A stretch of 64,000 bases of DNA from contig CBDCTZ010000004.1 in NCBI GenBank assembly GCA_965222375.1, positions 1 through 64,000 on the forward strand, written 5' to 3'. Each line of letters starts with the position of its first letter. Position 1 is the first letter of the stretch. The DNA comes from Polyangiaceae bacterium (GTDB taxonomy: Bacteria > Myxococcota_A > Polyangia > Polyangiales > Polyangiaceae). This document shows positions 48,220 through 58,499 of the stretch, piece by piece. A model generated the notes under the pieces. It ran no database searches. It was given only the letters and a program-made list of their open reading frames with translations, and was not told the DNA's origin. Both the position numbers and the translations under genes were made by a program.

Positions 48220-48295
48220 CGGCAAGCCTTTTGGAGGGGTGGTGGACTACCCCAACCCTCCTAAGCTAAGGCACCGAAATCCTTCAGAAGACGGC

Positions 48296-50044
48296 ATGCC
48301 GCTTATGGCCGCCCGCAGCAAGAAAAAGCCCGCCCGCAAAAAGGCCACCGCAAAGAGGGCCACGAGAACCGCTCGCTCGAAGAAAAAATCGACGCGGCGC
48401 GTTAAAACGCGTGCCAAGAAATCCAAGGCGAAGCCGAAGAAGTCGAAGGCCAAGGCGCGACCGAAGACGAGGGCGAGGGCCAAGCCCAAGAAAAGCAAGG
48501 CCAAGGCGCGCGCCAAACCCAAAACAGCCCGTAAGCCCGCGCGGCGGGTGGTCAAGAAGAAGACCAAGGCGAGCGCCAAGAAGTCAGCGCGAGGCAAGCT
48601 GAGTAAAGCTCAGTTAAAAGCGCAGCAGAATCGGGAGCGCGCCGCCAAGCAGCGCGAGAAAGAGCGGCTGCGCAAGGAGAAGGAAAAGCTGCGCGCCCAA
48701 AAGCAGCGAGAACGCGAGCGCGCCGCGAAGGAAAAAGAGAAGGCGCGCGTCAAGAAGCAGCGCGAAAGGGAGCGCGCCCGAATCGCCAGGGAGCGCGAGC
48801 GGGAAAAGGCGCGGAAGCTCAAGGAAAAGGAAGCCGAGCGAAAGGCCAAGGAGGCCGAACGTGAGCGTATCCGCAAAGAGCGGGAAGCGGAGCGAGCACG
48901 CCGCGAGGCAGAACGGGAGCGTCTACGCGAGGCTGCGCGCCGCGCGAAAGAAGCAGAACGCGCCAAACGCGAGGCTGAACGCGAAGCCTACCGTCAGGCC
49001 AAAGAGGCGGAGCGGGAAAAGCTGCGCAAGGACCGGGAGGCCGCCAAGCGTGCTCTCGAAGGGCGCGTCGCTCAGGCCACCAAGCGCGCCCAGCGCGTCG
49101 CTGGAGTTGGGGGTCGTGGCGCGACGACTCGAGTCTATCGACCGGATGCAATCCCGAACCAATCCGGGACTCGACGGCAAGCCGGTCAAGGCGAAGCCCT
49201 GCTTCGACCGCGAGTCTTCGAAAACATTCCGCCGCCGCCACCTCCACCGCCGCCACCTCCTCCTGTTCCGGTAGTGTCCGAGAAACTGGACGAGCGCTAT
49301 GCGGTGGTCCGGGAGCGACTCGAGAAGACGGCAGCGTCCTTCCGCAGGGAATACGCCGAGAGCTTGGACATGTCGTGGATCTATCACGACAGCGCTCTCG
49401 AGGGCGTGGTTTACACTTATCAAGAACTGAAGACGGCGATAGATCCGAATATCACGGTGGTGCCCGATTCAAGTCTGCAGCCGGTCTGCGAAGAAATCCG
49501 GCGACACAAGGCCGCTCTCGACTTGGCCCGAGACCTGGGAGAGAAGAAGCGTGCGACCATCAACGTCGACTTGATCAAGAAGCTCTACCTGGTGCTGCAC
49601 CCCGACGACGGGGATTTGAAGAGCGTCAAGTACCGCAAGGACATCCCGCAGCACCGGTTGTACTTCCACGAGTACGCGCCGCCGGACAAGATCGCGTATC
49701 GAGTGCGCCAAGTGGCGGATTGGATCAACGGACCCGAGCCCAAGAAGCTCAAGGACCCCGTGCGCATCGCGGCCAGAGCACACTACGACTTGTTGCGCGT
49801 CTTTCCCTTTGCCCAAGACAGCGGAAAAGTCGCGCGGCTGTTGATGAACATCCTGCTCCTACGCGCGGGCTATCCCCCCGCGATCATTCACTCGACGGAG
49901 CGGCAACGCTACTACGACGCGCTCAAGGGTTCACTTCCGACGATCATCTCGATGGTTCGGGAGGCGATGAACAACGGTACCGCTAGCATCGAGAAGCGCC
50001 TGGACGACTGGCAAGCTTCCTCCAGAGGCTTCACAACTCAGTAG
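48296..50044 (+). CDS. Fic-domain protein with degenerate motif, fused to histone-H1-like and E/R/K helical regions
   Basis: WIYHDSALEG, HYDLLRVFPFAQDSGKVARLLMN..GYPPAII..RYYDAL; start uncertain (48239, 48296 or 48305). Confidence 0.85.
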   Translation: MPLMAARSKKKPARKKATAKRATRTARSKKKSTRRVKTRAKKSKAKPKKSKAKARPKTRARAKPKKSKAKARAKPKTARKPARRVVKKKTKASAKKSARGKLSKAQLKAQQNRERAAKQREKERLRKEKEKLRAQKQRERERAAKEKEKARVKKQRERERARIAREREREKARKLKEKEAERKAKEAERERIRKEREAERARREAERERLREAARRAKEAERAKREAEREAYRQAKEAEREKLRKDREAAKRALEGRVAQATKRAQRVAGVGGRGATTRVYRPDAIPNQSGTRRQAGQGEALLRPRVFENIPPPPPPPPPPPPVPVVSEKLDERYAVVRERLEKTAASFRREYAESLDMSWIYHDSALEGVVYTYQELKTAIDPNITVVPDSSLQPVCEEIRRHKAALDLARDLGEKKRATINVDLIKKLYLVLHPDDGDLKSVKYRKDIPQHRLYFHEYAPPDKIAYRVRQVADWINGPEPKKLKDPVRIAARAHYDLLRVFPFAQDSGKVARLLMNILLLRAGYPPAIIHSTERQRYYDALKGSLPTIISMVREAMNNGTASIEKRLDDWQASSRGFTTQ

Positions 50045-50079
50045 CTGGTCGCGGGCCGTTCCGCTCGCGTCTCCCAGCC

Positions 50080-51444
50080 CTAGCCGAGCTCAGCACGAGA
50101 AACGCTGTCCCAACCGGTTGCGACACCGAGCTTGGCGACGGCAACGTTGTAGTCGAAGACTGCTGACATATATGCGAAGCGCTTCAAGGCGTACTCCTTC
50201 GCCGGGTCGACGATGTCTTCGTCTTCGAAGGTGCCAATGTCGATGCCTTGCTGGACCTTGATCAGCCATTGTTTGGCAAGCTTCAGCGAGCGCTTCTGGG
50301 CGTCCAATCGCTTCTTGGCACTGCGGGCCTCCGCAAACGCCTCTTCAACCTCGACGGCAACGCCGCCGGTGGCGTAGCGCTCGGTTGCCCGCATCTCCTC
50401 TAGCTTGGCCTCGGCCTGGGCGAGACGAGCAGACTGCGGCAGGAAGTCTAGCTTCCAGCGCAACACCAGCGCGGCTCCGTAGTGGAAGTAGTTGCCGGGA
50501 TCCTTCACGTAGGGATTGGTTTGATCCGTGACCTCCGGCGCCCGGGCCCACTTGGCGCTCAGACCAAGACCCAGATCTGGGTAGTAGCGAGCCTTCTCAA
50601 GCCGAACTTGGGCGCGGCGCGCCTGCACTCCAGCCCGTGCCATGTTGATTTCCGGGCGAAATAGCTGGGCGGCCTTGAGATAGCGGGGCAACGGCCCCAG
50701 GGAGTGAGGGTGGCGACGCAAGGGTTCATCGGGAATGTCGAAGGCACCCCGCACGCCCGTGAGAAAACGCAGGCCGGCGAGGGCAACGCGCTCCTGGCGC
50801 TCGGCTTCACTTTCCTTCACTTCCAAGTCGGCGCGGTGCATCTTCAACTTGATCAGTTCGATATCGTCCCCGTCGCCGTCTTCGACTCGCTTGCTCAGTC
50901 GACCGATGTACTTGTCGATCCGAGACTTGGCGTCGCGTATGAGCAGCAATGAGTCCCGGGACAGCTGGGTCCCATAGTAGGCGCGCCGAACGGATAGCTG
51001 GACTTGATTCTTCTCTTTCTTGACCTCGTGCTCCCCAACCCGGATCTGCGCATCCGCAGCATCCCAGAGGTTGGAGATCTTGCCGAAGGTCCACAAGGGA
51101 ACGGCACCCTCGATACCAACCTGCCAGGCCAGCGCCATGTTCGAGGTCAACGACGCGTCGGTGTTGGGGCTATACACGCTGGTGCCACGCACCGTCGGCG
51201 CTGGGCCTATTCCCGCGATCAGGGAAAACTCACTGTAGGGCTGCGTCTTCGCCTGCCACAACTGGGCCCGCTTGTAGCCAAGGCGAGCCTTGGCTTCGGC
51301 GACCTTGGGGTAGTTCTGCTTCGCCAGGCGCAAGCACGTGCGTAGGTCGTGCACGCGCCGGGTGCGGACTGGACGTTGGGCTTCGGCCACACTGGTCACC
51401 GCGAGTGAAACGGCTAGGCCCGCGGCGGCAATTGAGCGGCGCAT
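50080..51444 (-). CDS. TolC-family outer membrane protein
   Basis: Signal peptide, two OEP-like repeats (VPLWTFGK; RPEI..YYPDLGL), YNVAVAKL. Confidence 0.88.
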   Translation of the reverse strand: MRRSIAAAGLAVSLAVTSVAEAQRPVRTRRVHDLRTCLRLAKQNYPKVAEAKARLGYKRAQLWQAKTQPYSEFSLIAGIGPAPTVRGTSVYSPNTDASLTSNMALAWQVGIEGAVPLWTFGKISNLWDAADAQIRVGEHEVKKEKNQVQLSVRRAYYGTQLSRDSLLLIRDAKSRIDKYIGRLSKRVEDGDGDDIELIKLKMHRADLEVKESEAERQERVALAGLRFLTGVRGAFDIPDEPLRRHPHSLGPLPRYLKAAQLFRPEINMARAGVQARRAQVRLEKARYYPDLGLGLSAKWARAPEVTDQTNPYVKDPGNYFHYGAALVLRWKLDFLPQSARLAQAEAKLEEMRATERYATGGVAVEVEEAFAEARSAKKRLDAQKRSLKLAKQWLIKVQQGIDIGTFEDEDIVDPAKEYALKRFAYMSAVFDYNVAVAKLGVATGWDSVSRAELG

Positions 51445-51461
51445 CGGGCGCTACCCTACCA

Positions 51462-52937
51462 CTAGCGCTTGGGCGGGATCACTCCCGCTCGCTTGGCCAC
51501 CCGGCGGAAGTTCGACCGATCTAGCCCGGCGATCCGGGCAGCTTCAGACACGTTGCCGTCCGCCCGGGCCATCTGTTTGGAGAGATAGGCAGCTTCGAAA
51601 GCCTCCAGAGCCCGCTGCTTGGCTTCTCGAAAGGGGAGGTCAAAGGCTGATTCCGGGAATCCGTCGCCTGGCCCAGACGCCGGCATGACCTGGGGAGACG
51701 CAGTCGCGCGAGGCAATGGGAGGTCTGCTGGGGACAGCGTATCCCCGCTACAAAAGACCACCGCATGCTCGATGGCATTCTCAAGCTCTCGCACATTGCC
51801 GGGCCAGGCAAAGCTTTCGAGCACCTTCATGGCTTCAGGCATGATCGTGCGAATGTCCCGGCGCGCCCGGGACGCGTGCTTGCGCAGAAAGTGATACGCC
51901 AGTACCGGGATGTCTTGCTGCCGCTCCCTCAACGGGGGCAATTCGATGGCGACGACGTTTAGGCGATAGAAAAGGTCCTCGCGAAACCGACCTTGCTCGA
52001 TTTGCGTTGCCAAGTCGACGTTCGTCGCGGCCACTACGCGCACATCCACGACGCGCGTTTCGTTGGCACCGACTGGCTTGATCTCACCTTGCTGAAGGAC
52101 CCGAAGCAGCTTGACTTGTGCAAGCGCAGGCAGATCCCCGACCTCGTCCAGAAAGATGGTTCCCCCGTTCGCCGTTTCGAACAGGCCCTCGCGAGTGCTG
52201 GTGGCACCACTGAACGCACCCCGCATGTGCCCGAACAGCTCGCTCTCGACGAGTTCCATGGGGATGGCAGAACAGTTGACCGCCACGAAGGGTGCGTCCC
52301 GGCGGCGTGAATGCTTGTGAATCGCGCGGGCCGTGAGCTCCTTGCCGGTTCCGCTCTCCCCCAGGATCAGGACCGTCGTCTCCGTGGGAGCCACGCCAAG
52401 CGCCAAGCGATAGACCTCCCGCATCCGGGCTGAACCGCCTACGAGTTCTCCGAAACCTTCCGCCTGCTCGAGCCTCCGCTCGAGCAGCTCCGTGCGACTC
52501 ACCAGGCGTCGATGCTCTGCGGCCTTTTGGACCGTGACCACGACCTCGTCATTGGATCGAAAGGGCTTCGTCAGAAAGTGGAACGCGCCGAGCCGCACTG
52601 TGCGCACGGCCGTCTCGACGTCTCCGAACGCCGTCATCACGATCATCTCGAGGTTGAGCCCTGAAGACTTCACATGCTCGAGTAGTTCCAGGCCACCCAC
52701 GTTCGGCATCATCAAATCCACCAGGGCGACATCGAAGTCCTGGCTCGACAGAACCTCGATGGCCTGAGCGCCGTCCGATGCCGTCACCACACGCATCCCC
52801 CGTGCAAGAAGTAGCCGCGCCAGGTTGCGGCGCAGGGTAGGTTCGTCGTCTACCACCAGCACGTTGAGGGCGCGGTCGCTCTGAGGTCTTTCGTCCGCAG
52901 GCGGCGGGGGCGTCCCAGGCACCGTCGAGACGCTCAC
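51462..52937 (-). CDS. Sigma-54-dependent response regulator (REC-AAA+-Fis HTH)
   Basis: [51 protein letters not shown]. Confidence 0.95.
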   Translation of the reverse strand: MSVSTVPGTPPPPADERPQSDRALNVLVVDDEPTLRRNLARLLLARGMRVVTASDGAQAIEVLSSQDFDVALVDLMMPNVGGLELLEHVKSSGLNLEMIVMTAFGDVETAVRTVRLGAFHFLTKPFRSNDEVVVTVQKAAEHRRLVSRTELLERRLEQAEGFGELVGGSARMREVYRLALGVAPTETTVLILGESGTGKELTARAIHKHSRRRDAPFVAVNCSAIPMELVESELFGHMRGAFSGATSTREGLFETANGGTIFLDEVGDLPALAQVKLLRVLQQGEIKPVGANETRVVDVRVVAATNVDLATQIEQGRFREDLFYRLNVVAIELPPLRERQQDIPVLAYHFLRKHASRARRDIRTIMPEAMKVLESFAWPGNVRELENAIEHAVVFCSGDTLSPADLPLPRATASPQVMPASGPGDGFPESAFDLPFREAKQRALEAFEAAYLSKQMARADGNVSEAARIAGLDRSNFRRVAKRAGVIPPKR

Positions 52938-54070
52938 TCGGACCCCCTGCGACCTCCGCCGCCCGGTCGGTCTGAGCGAAAGCGACGCGAGGCGGGCGGG
53001 CGAGAGGGGGGCTTGCTCGTCGCTTGCTCAGCGACCGCCTCCTTGGCGTCCGTGTCCCCCACCACCGGAGTGTACAAATAGCCGTGCTGCTGGAAGACGC
53101 AGATGCGATTTCCGCCATCGCGTTTCGCCTGGTGCAGTGCCGCGTCCGCAGACCGCAGTAGCGCATCTTTGGTCCGCACATCCCGAGACGGGAACAGAGC
53201 GACCCCCACGGAAAGCGTCATTTTGAAAGGCCGTGCGGTTTCCCCAAAGAACGTGCGCTCTCCAACCTCTCGCCAGATGCGCTCAGCGACGGTCACTGAA
53301 CCGGCGAAGTGGGTGCTGGGCAGCACCACCAAGAACTCGTCGCCACCGAAGCGGGCAACGACATCCACATCGCGCACGGTGCGTCGGATGCTGTCCGCAA
53401 CCCCGCGAATGACCGAATCTCCCGCGGCTCGCCCGTCCGCGTCGTTGGTGGATTGAAGGCGATCGATATCGATGACGATGCACGCCAAGGGGTCGTGGTA
53501 GCGCTCCGCACGCTTGAACTCCTCCGTCAGCCGGGTGTGCAAGTACCGGTAGTTGTACAAACCAGTCAGGTCGTCGTGCACGCTGAGCTCTTCGAGCTTC
53601 ATGCGAGCGCGCGCTACGTGGTCGTGCAGCTTTTTGATCCGCAGCATGGCTTCGACCCGCGCGATCAACTCTCGCTCGTCAAAGGGTTTGCATACGTAGT
53701 CATCCGCACCTATGCGCAGCCCCTCGACCCGACTCGCGGTGTCTGTCTTCACCGTAACCAGAACGACTGGCAGAAAACTCTCCGTCGTCATGCCCTTGAG
53801 CAAGCGACAGGCCTCGAGCCCCGTCAGGCGCGGCATCAGTATGTCGAGCAGCACCAGATCGACTCCGCCGCGCCCCGCACGCTCGACCGCGACCTGCCCA
53901 TCCTCGACGGTCTCTACTTTGAAGCCGTTCGTGCGGAGGATGTTGGCCAGCATCTCCCGGGTCAGACGGTCGTCGTCGGCCACGACGATGGTGGACCCGA
54001 CAACGGAGCGCGAAACCGGCCCCCCCGAAATGGGCGGTTCGCTTGCCAGCGGCGAGTCACTATCCGACAC
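52934..54070 (-). CDS. Response regulator diguanylate cyclase (REC-GGDEF)
   Basis: REC (DILMP), DDLTGLYN, RDVD I-site, RFGGDEF. Confidence 0.92.
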   Translation of the reverse strand: MSDSDSPLASEPPISGGPVSRSVVGSTIVVADDDRLTREMLANILRTNGFKVETVEDGQVAVERAGRGGVDLVLLDILMPRLTGLEACRLLKGMTTESFLPVVLVTVKTDTASRVEGLRIGADDYVCKPFDERELIARVEAMLRIKKLHDHVARARMKLEELSVHDDLTGLYNYRYLHTRLTEEFKRAERYHDPLACIVIDIDRLQSTNDADGRAAGDSVIRGVADSIRRTVRDVDVVARFGGDEFLVVLPSTHFAGSVTVAERIWREVGERTFFGETARPFKMTLSVGVALFPSRDVRTKDALLRSADAALHQAKRDGGNRICVFQQHGYLYTPVVGDTDAKEAVAEQATSKPPSRPPASRRFRSDRPGGGGRRGSE

Positions 54071-54140
54071 ATCATCGAGGGTACCACTACTGCAATTCTC
54101 TTTGGGTCAAAGAGCATTCTCGCCCTTTTCCCCGGCACGC

Positions 54141-56006
54141 CTAGGGCATCAGATCTACGCTGAACATGACGTCGACGCCTCCCCGTCCCACGCGATGCGC
54201 ACCCTGCGCGACTAGCGCCAGGCAGTCGCACGGGTGGCGATAGGAGGTCGCACCAGCGAGGGCAACCAGCGAGCGGTCCGACACGTCAAAGTGGGCGGTG
54301 GCGGCGGTGGAGAGAAAGCGCGCCCATGCCAAAGTCGTGCCTCCACCCGCGGACCACCCGGGGCCGGCGAGGCGAGCAAAGGGAAGCTGCTCTATTTCGT
54401 CTCGTGCAACGTAGCGCGCATCCGCACCGCCGTCTTGGGTACCCTCGACGTGGCCCGAGAGGGACCAACTACGCAGGCTGCCGATTCGCAGCTGCCCGAA
54501 GACGGCTGCGTGCTCCTCGAGCTCCAGCCCGCTCGCCGCATCAACGGACGCGCCCAGTATTCCGAAGTCGGCGAGCAGGTGTAGGCCACCCCATGTCTCT
54601 CCGGCGCGCGTGGCTGCAATTCGACCTCCTCGCACAGCGGCGGACAGTCCACTACCTGTCCGCCACGCCCCCACCCGCGACTTCACCCCAACCAGCCCTG
54701 CCAGGTTCCGCTCCTCGATTGGCAACGCACCGGTGCCGGAAAGGGACGCCTGCCGCACCCAACCGACCACTTCGGGCTCGATTCGGTGCTGCCAGTCACC
54801 TTCGGCTCCGAAGCGGCGTTCCAATGGCAAACCAACGCTGCTCCGCACGGACAGCCAGACCGCACGCTGGGCTTCACGCTCCCGCTGCTGACTCAAAGCG
54901 CCCTGCCCTAGACGCACGCTCGTAACCATGGGTCCGAGAGGGCTCGCCAAAGCCACTCGGGAGCGTTGCACCACGACGGTCGTGGTCTCGACTGGCCCGG
55001 AAAAAGTTCGCGCACGCGCATCGACGAAGGTACTACCAACCGAGCCGATCGCCCCGTGCAGAGCGGCGAAGGCTCCGGGACCATGCAGCCACTGCGCGTC
55101 ATGAGGTCGGCCCCGTTGCGCCGAGCCGGAAATCCCCACCCCCAAGGCAAGCCCTCCCTCGGAACCCTGGACCTCGAATTCAGCTCTGTCAGAACGCTGG
55201 GCCGCAGGTGACAGAGCCATGATGCCCCGGCGAGCGCGGGTGCCGCGTGCCACGTCAGCGCGCCATGTGACGCCGCCCGCCGGCGCGGCGTCCGCGTAGC
55301 CAGTGGCTTCGACTTCCGTAACACTCTCCTCCAGATGATCCCAAGACACGCGCGTGGTCGTCGTGTTGGACGCCAGGGCCGCATCGATATCGGCACCGCC
55401 CTCGAAGTAGCCACCCGCACGAAGGTCCGCAGCGACACCGCTGCCTAAAGGAAGGTGTACCCCGGCACCAGCAAAAAGCCCATCATCACCCCGCCATTGT
55501 ACGACGGGTGGCAGCAAGCCCAAGCGATCTGACGAGCGCAGCCACAGCGCGGGCAGATACATCACTGGCACGCTCCCGATGTACAGGGTCGGGTCCTCGA
55601 CGAGTAGGTCTGTCGGTGGAGCCAAGAGCGCGGAGGAAAAGCCCAATCTCACCGGCGGGTCCGGGCAAGGGCAGAAGGAAACCCGACCAGGCCCCTCCGT
55701 CTCGACGCCCCGAGACCCCCGAGTCAATCGCAGTCGCTCACTCCGCAGCCGGTAGCGTGCAACGCAGATCTCGACATCGTCTCGCAGCTCGAGGGTCGTC
55801 AGGTCGCCGTCCACCTCGACAACGCCTGCCCGAAAATCCACCCGGGTCGTCCCGCCTTCGCGAACCACCGGCCCGCAGATCGGCGGGTCCTTGTCCTGGG
55901 CGGCCCCGGGTTCCGGCGTCGCCTGGGCCTGACTCCGCGCGCACCAGAGCACGACGCCCAGGGTCAGGGCATGACCCAGGATGGGTCGGCCCGGCCAGGC
56001 CCTCAC
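54141..56006 (-). CDS. LPS-assembly protein LptD-like (divergent)
   Basis: SFCPCPDPP..VPVMYLP..GLLPP, HRIEP, terminal YRHPCDCL..FSVDLMP. Confidence 0.65.
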   Translation of the reverse strand: MRAWPGRPILGHALTLGVVLWCARSQAQATPEPGAAQDKDPPICGPVVREGGTTRVDFRAGVVEVDGDLTTLELRDDVEICVARYRLRSERLRLTRGSRGVETEGPGRVSFCPCPDPPVRLGFSSALLAPPTDLLVEDPTLYIGSVPVMYLPALWLRSSDRLGLLPPVVQWRGDDGLFAGAGVHLPLGSGVAADLRAGGYFEGGADIDAALASNTTTTRVSWDHLEESVTEVEATGYADAAPAGGVTWRADVARGTRARRGIMALSPAAQRSDRAEFEVQGSEGGLALGVGISGSAQRGRPHDAQWLHGPGAFAALHGAIGSVGSTFVDARARTFSGPVETTTVVVQRSRVALASPLGPMVTSVRLGQGALSQQREREAQRAVWLSVRSSVGLPLERRFGAEGDWQHRIEPEVVGWVRQASLSGTGALPIEERNLAGLVGVKSRVGAWRTGSGLSAAVRGGRIAATRAGETWGGLHLLADFGILGASVDAASGLELEEHAAVFGQLRIGSLRSWSLSGHVEGTQDGGADARYVARDEIEQLPFARLAGPGWSAGGGTTLAWARFLSTAATAHFDVSDRSLVALAGATSYRHPCDCLALVAQGAHRVGRGGVDVMFSVDLMP

Positions 56007-56704
56007 TTCCTTCGGACGCCGCGGGGAAGTCGCCGAAACGGCGCGTCGCTGTAACGCTTCTTCGCTTTGGGCAATTGAATGCGAAGCACCATGATGCCGC
56101 CGGGGCCGCTTTCGACCTTGTGGCTCGGCGTACCCGTGGCCTCGCGCATGTTCAGAACGAGTTGCGCGCCGTTCTTGTCCCGCCGAAGCCGCGCGCTTCG
56201 CAACGGAGTGTCGAAGTACTCGGTCCGCAGGGTGCGAGTGTTGTTGTGGACCGCGATACTCGCCCCGGTGAGGATGTACGTAACCCGCCCCGCCGCAGCA
56301 CTCACGACCACTGGAACCCTCTTGTTGACGTAGACCCAGACTTGGCTACCGCCGTCGGGCAGCATCAAGAACCCCGGGTAGGTGGCGATGGGTGCGTTGG
56401 GGTCGAACTTGCGACGGGCCCGGCGACGCCGACGGCGCGGCTTCTTGTCGGTCCAGCTGTAGCCACCTGTAACTGACGGTTTGGACTCTTTGGCCTTTTC
56501 CTTGTCAGCGCCCGCCGCGCCAGCTGCCGGGGCCTGAGGGGCGGCGGTGGGGGCCGCAGGCGGCGGCTGCACGACGGTAGTGTTGGACTTTCCAGACGTA
56601 TTGGATTGAGCCGCGACTTCAGGCGCACCCAGCAGGCACGCCGCCACGGTTGCGGACGCCAAGCCGCAGGCGACAGACCACTTCATGGTCCGGTATTGCA
56701 GCAC
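56003..56704 (-). CDS. Exported hypothetical protein with AMIN-like beta domain
   Basis: Signal peptide, Pro/Ala linker, poly-Arg tract, NNTRTLRTEYFDTPL motif; start may be 56686. Confidence 0.6.
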   Translation of the reverse strand: MLQYRTMKWSVACGLASATVAACLLGAPEVAAQSNTSGKSNTTVVQPPPAAPTAAPQAPAAGAAGADKEKAKESKPSVTGGYSWTDKKPRRRRRRARRKFDPNAPIATYPGFLMLPDGGSQVWVYVNKRVPVVVSAAAGRVTYILTGASIAVHNNTRTLRTEYFDTPLRSARLRRDKNGAQLVLNMREATGTPSHKVESGPGGIMVLRIQLPKAKKRYSDAPFRRLPRGVRRK

Positions 56705-56737
56705 GGACAGCCGTGCTTGACCAGAACCGGCGACAGA

Positions 56738-58198
56738 TCAGCGCGGCTTTACCTTCAAAGCCACGGCCTTCTTGGTCGGCGCCTTGGCGCTCTGCTTGGT
56801 CGCGGTCTGATAGATCTTGTCCAGTTTGGCCGTGAGCGTCAGGTAGAAACGGGCATCCGGGCTGTAGAGGATATTGCGTCGGGTACCCTCTGGGCCGACC
56901 TGTCGAGTCACGTTGGCGTAGCCCGCAGCGACCGACATTTCGTCGATAGGAGTGACGCTGACTTCCGGGTTGAACCAGGTGACGACCGAGAAGTTGTTCG
57001 GGTCCTCCACCTGGTCTGGAGTCGTGCAGCCCGTCAGCAGGTTGCAGACCTGTGTCGTGTTGTCGAATTCGTACTTCCAGGAGGGCCGGAACGAAACGAG
57101 CAGCCCGAAGTCAACTCGGTCAGCGATGGCTACGTCACCCAAGAAGTCTATGGACGTCTCATGCTCCGCGAAGGCCGAACCACCCAGTTGATCTCCCGGT
57201 GCACTGCGACCATCAGGCCCCATTCGCACGCGACCCAAATCACTGCTTACAGGCTGTGTCGCATCGGTGAACCAATGCTTGTAGCCGAGACGCAAGGTGG
57301 CAGACGCGGTCTGCAGCACGTCCGACTCACTGCCCATGAGCGGGAAGCCTTGGCCGACGAAGACCTGAGCGCCAGCACTCAGAATGCGGCCGTTGTTCGA
57401 ACTGACCTTCGAGGTTGGAAACTGCAGCGTCGGCACCCGCACACCGAGGTCCGTAGTGATGTCCCCATTTGTATACAGATTCCGTGAGTACTGCGGGAAT
57501 ATCACTGCGTCGCTGAAGGTCCACTCGCCGCGGTCCGTCGTGCCATCGCTATTGGTGAACTCCCGAATCAGGTCGATACGCGCCCGCAGGCTGATGCTCT
57601 GCTTGGCCTCTTCCGTTTCCCATAAGTAGTAGCGAGGAGTGAAAATGAACGACATCTCGTAGGTTGGGTTGCGAGTCTGGATGTCCTGGCCAATGCCCAA
57701 GGTTTCGGTGGTTGCGGAGTGGTCCCAACCAAGGGATGTGCCACGCCACTTGAGCTTTTCTTTGTTCTCCCCTTCGCCGGCACCGCCGGGCGTGCCGCCC
57801 TGGTCGGCTTGGGGCGAGGTACTGGCTCCGAACCCGATGCCAACTCCGCCTTGGGCGGGCGCCGCCGCCGGCGCTGGAGCGGCAGCAGGTGCGGGGGCGG
57901 GGGCGGGGGCAGCAGGCGCCGGTTGAGCTTCCGCGGTGGGCGGTTGGGTGGCGGCAGGCTGGGTAGCGGGCGGAGGCGGGGTCTCCTCTTCCGGCTTTTT
58001 CTCCCCTTCGGCGCCCTCGGCCGGGGCCTTGGTTGCTTCACCCTCGGCCGGGGCTTCACCCTCGGCTGGCTTTTCTTCGGCTGGCTTTTCTTCGGCTGGC
58101 TTCTCCTCAGCCGGGGGCTCTTGCGCCCAGGCGGAGCCCGTAACCAACAGCGCGGAGGCGGACAGTGACGTCCAAAGAGTCAAGAGAGCGCGCTTCAT
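56738..58198 (-). CDS. Predicted outer-membrane beta-barrel protein with long Pro/Ala/Glu N-terminal linker
   Basis: Signal peptide (AWA), AAAGGA SD, amphipathic aromatic strands in the C-terminal ~330 aa. Confidence 0.7.
   Translation of the reverse strand: MKRALLTLWTSLSASALLVTGSAWAQEPPAEEKPAEEKPAEEKPAEGEAPAEGEATKAPAEGAEGEKKPEEETPPPPATQPAATQPPTAEAQPAPAAPAPAPAPAAAPAPAAAPAQGGVGIGFGASTSPQADQGGTPGGAGEGENKEKLKWRGTSLGWDHSATTETLGIGQDIQTRNPTYEMSFIFTPRYYLWETEEAKQSISLRARIDLIREFTNSDGTTDRGEWTFSDAVIFPQYSRNLYTNGDITTDLGVRVPTLQFPTSKVSSNNGRILSAGAQVFVGQGFPLMGSESDVLQTASATLRLGYKHWFTDATQPVSSDLGRVRMGPDGRSAPGDQLGGSAFAEHETSIDFLGDVAIADRVDFGLLVSFRPSWKYEFDNTTQVCNLLTGCTTPDQVEDPNNFSVVTWFNPEVSVTPIDEMSVAAGYANVTRQVGPEGTRRNILYSPDARFYLTLTAKLDKIYQTATKQSAKAPTKKAVALKVKPR
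58037..58113 (-). repeat. Imperfect 15-18 bp coding tandem repeats (PAEEK x3, PAEGEA x2)
   Basis: cggctggcttttctt units on the + strand. Confidence 0.75.
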
Positions 58199-58383
58199 CC
58201 GAATCAGTTCCTTTCTGCGCGACCGACCGGTCGCAATCGCTCGTGCGGGGGCCCGGGGAGCGACTTTTCGCCCCGAGGGCTTTCACGAATCGATTCCTGA
58301 GTCAATTCGGGCCCCTTGAAGGGACCTAGGCCCGCAAGCACGGAGCGTGTGTGCAGGATTCATTCCTACACCCATCGTTCGAA

Positions 58384-58396
58384 TAACCAGTTGATT
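58384..58396 (-). promoter_or_regulatory. IHF consensus site in a divergent intergenic region
   Basis: Minus strand AATCAACTGGTTA = WATCAANNNNTTR, in an AT-rich patch. Confidence 0.55.
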
Positions 58397-58499
58397 TTAT
58401 ACACCTTTTCGAGACGGCCGTTGGTCGCGTTACAGATCGCACGCTGAATTTCGCCGTGGTCGTCGCGAAGCTGACGCCGAGGAAGTATTAGTCCTAGGC

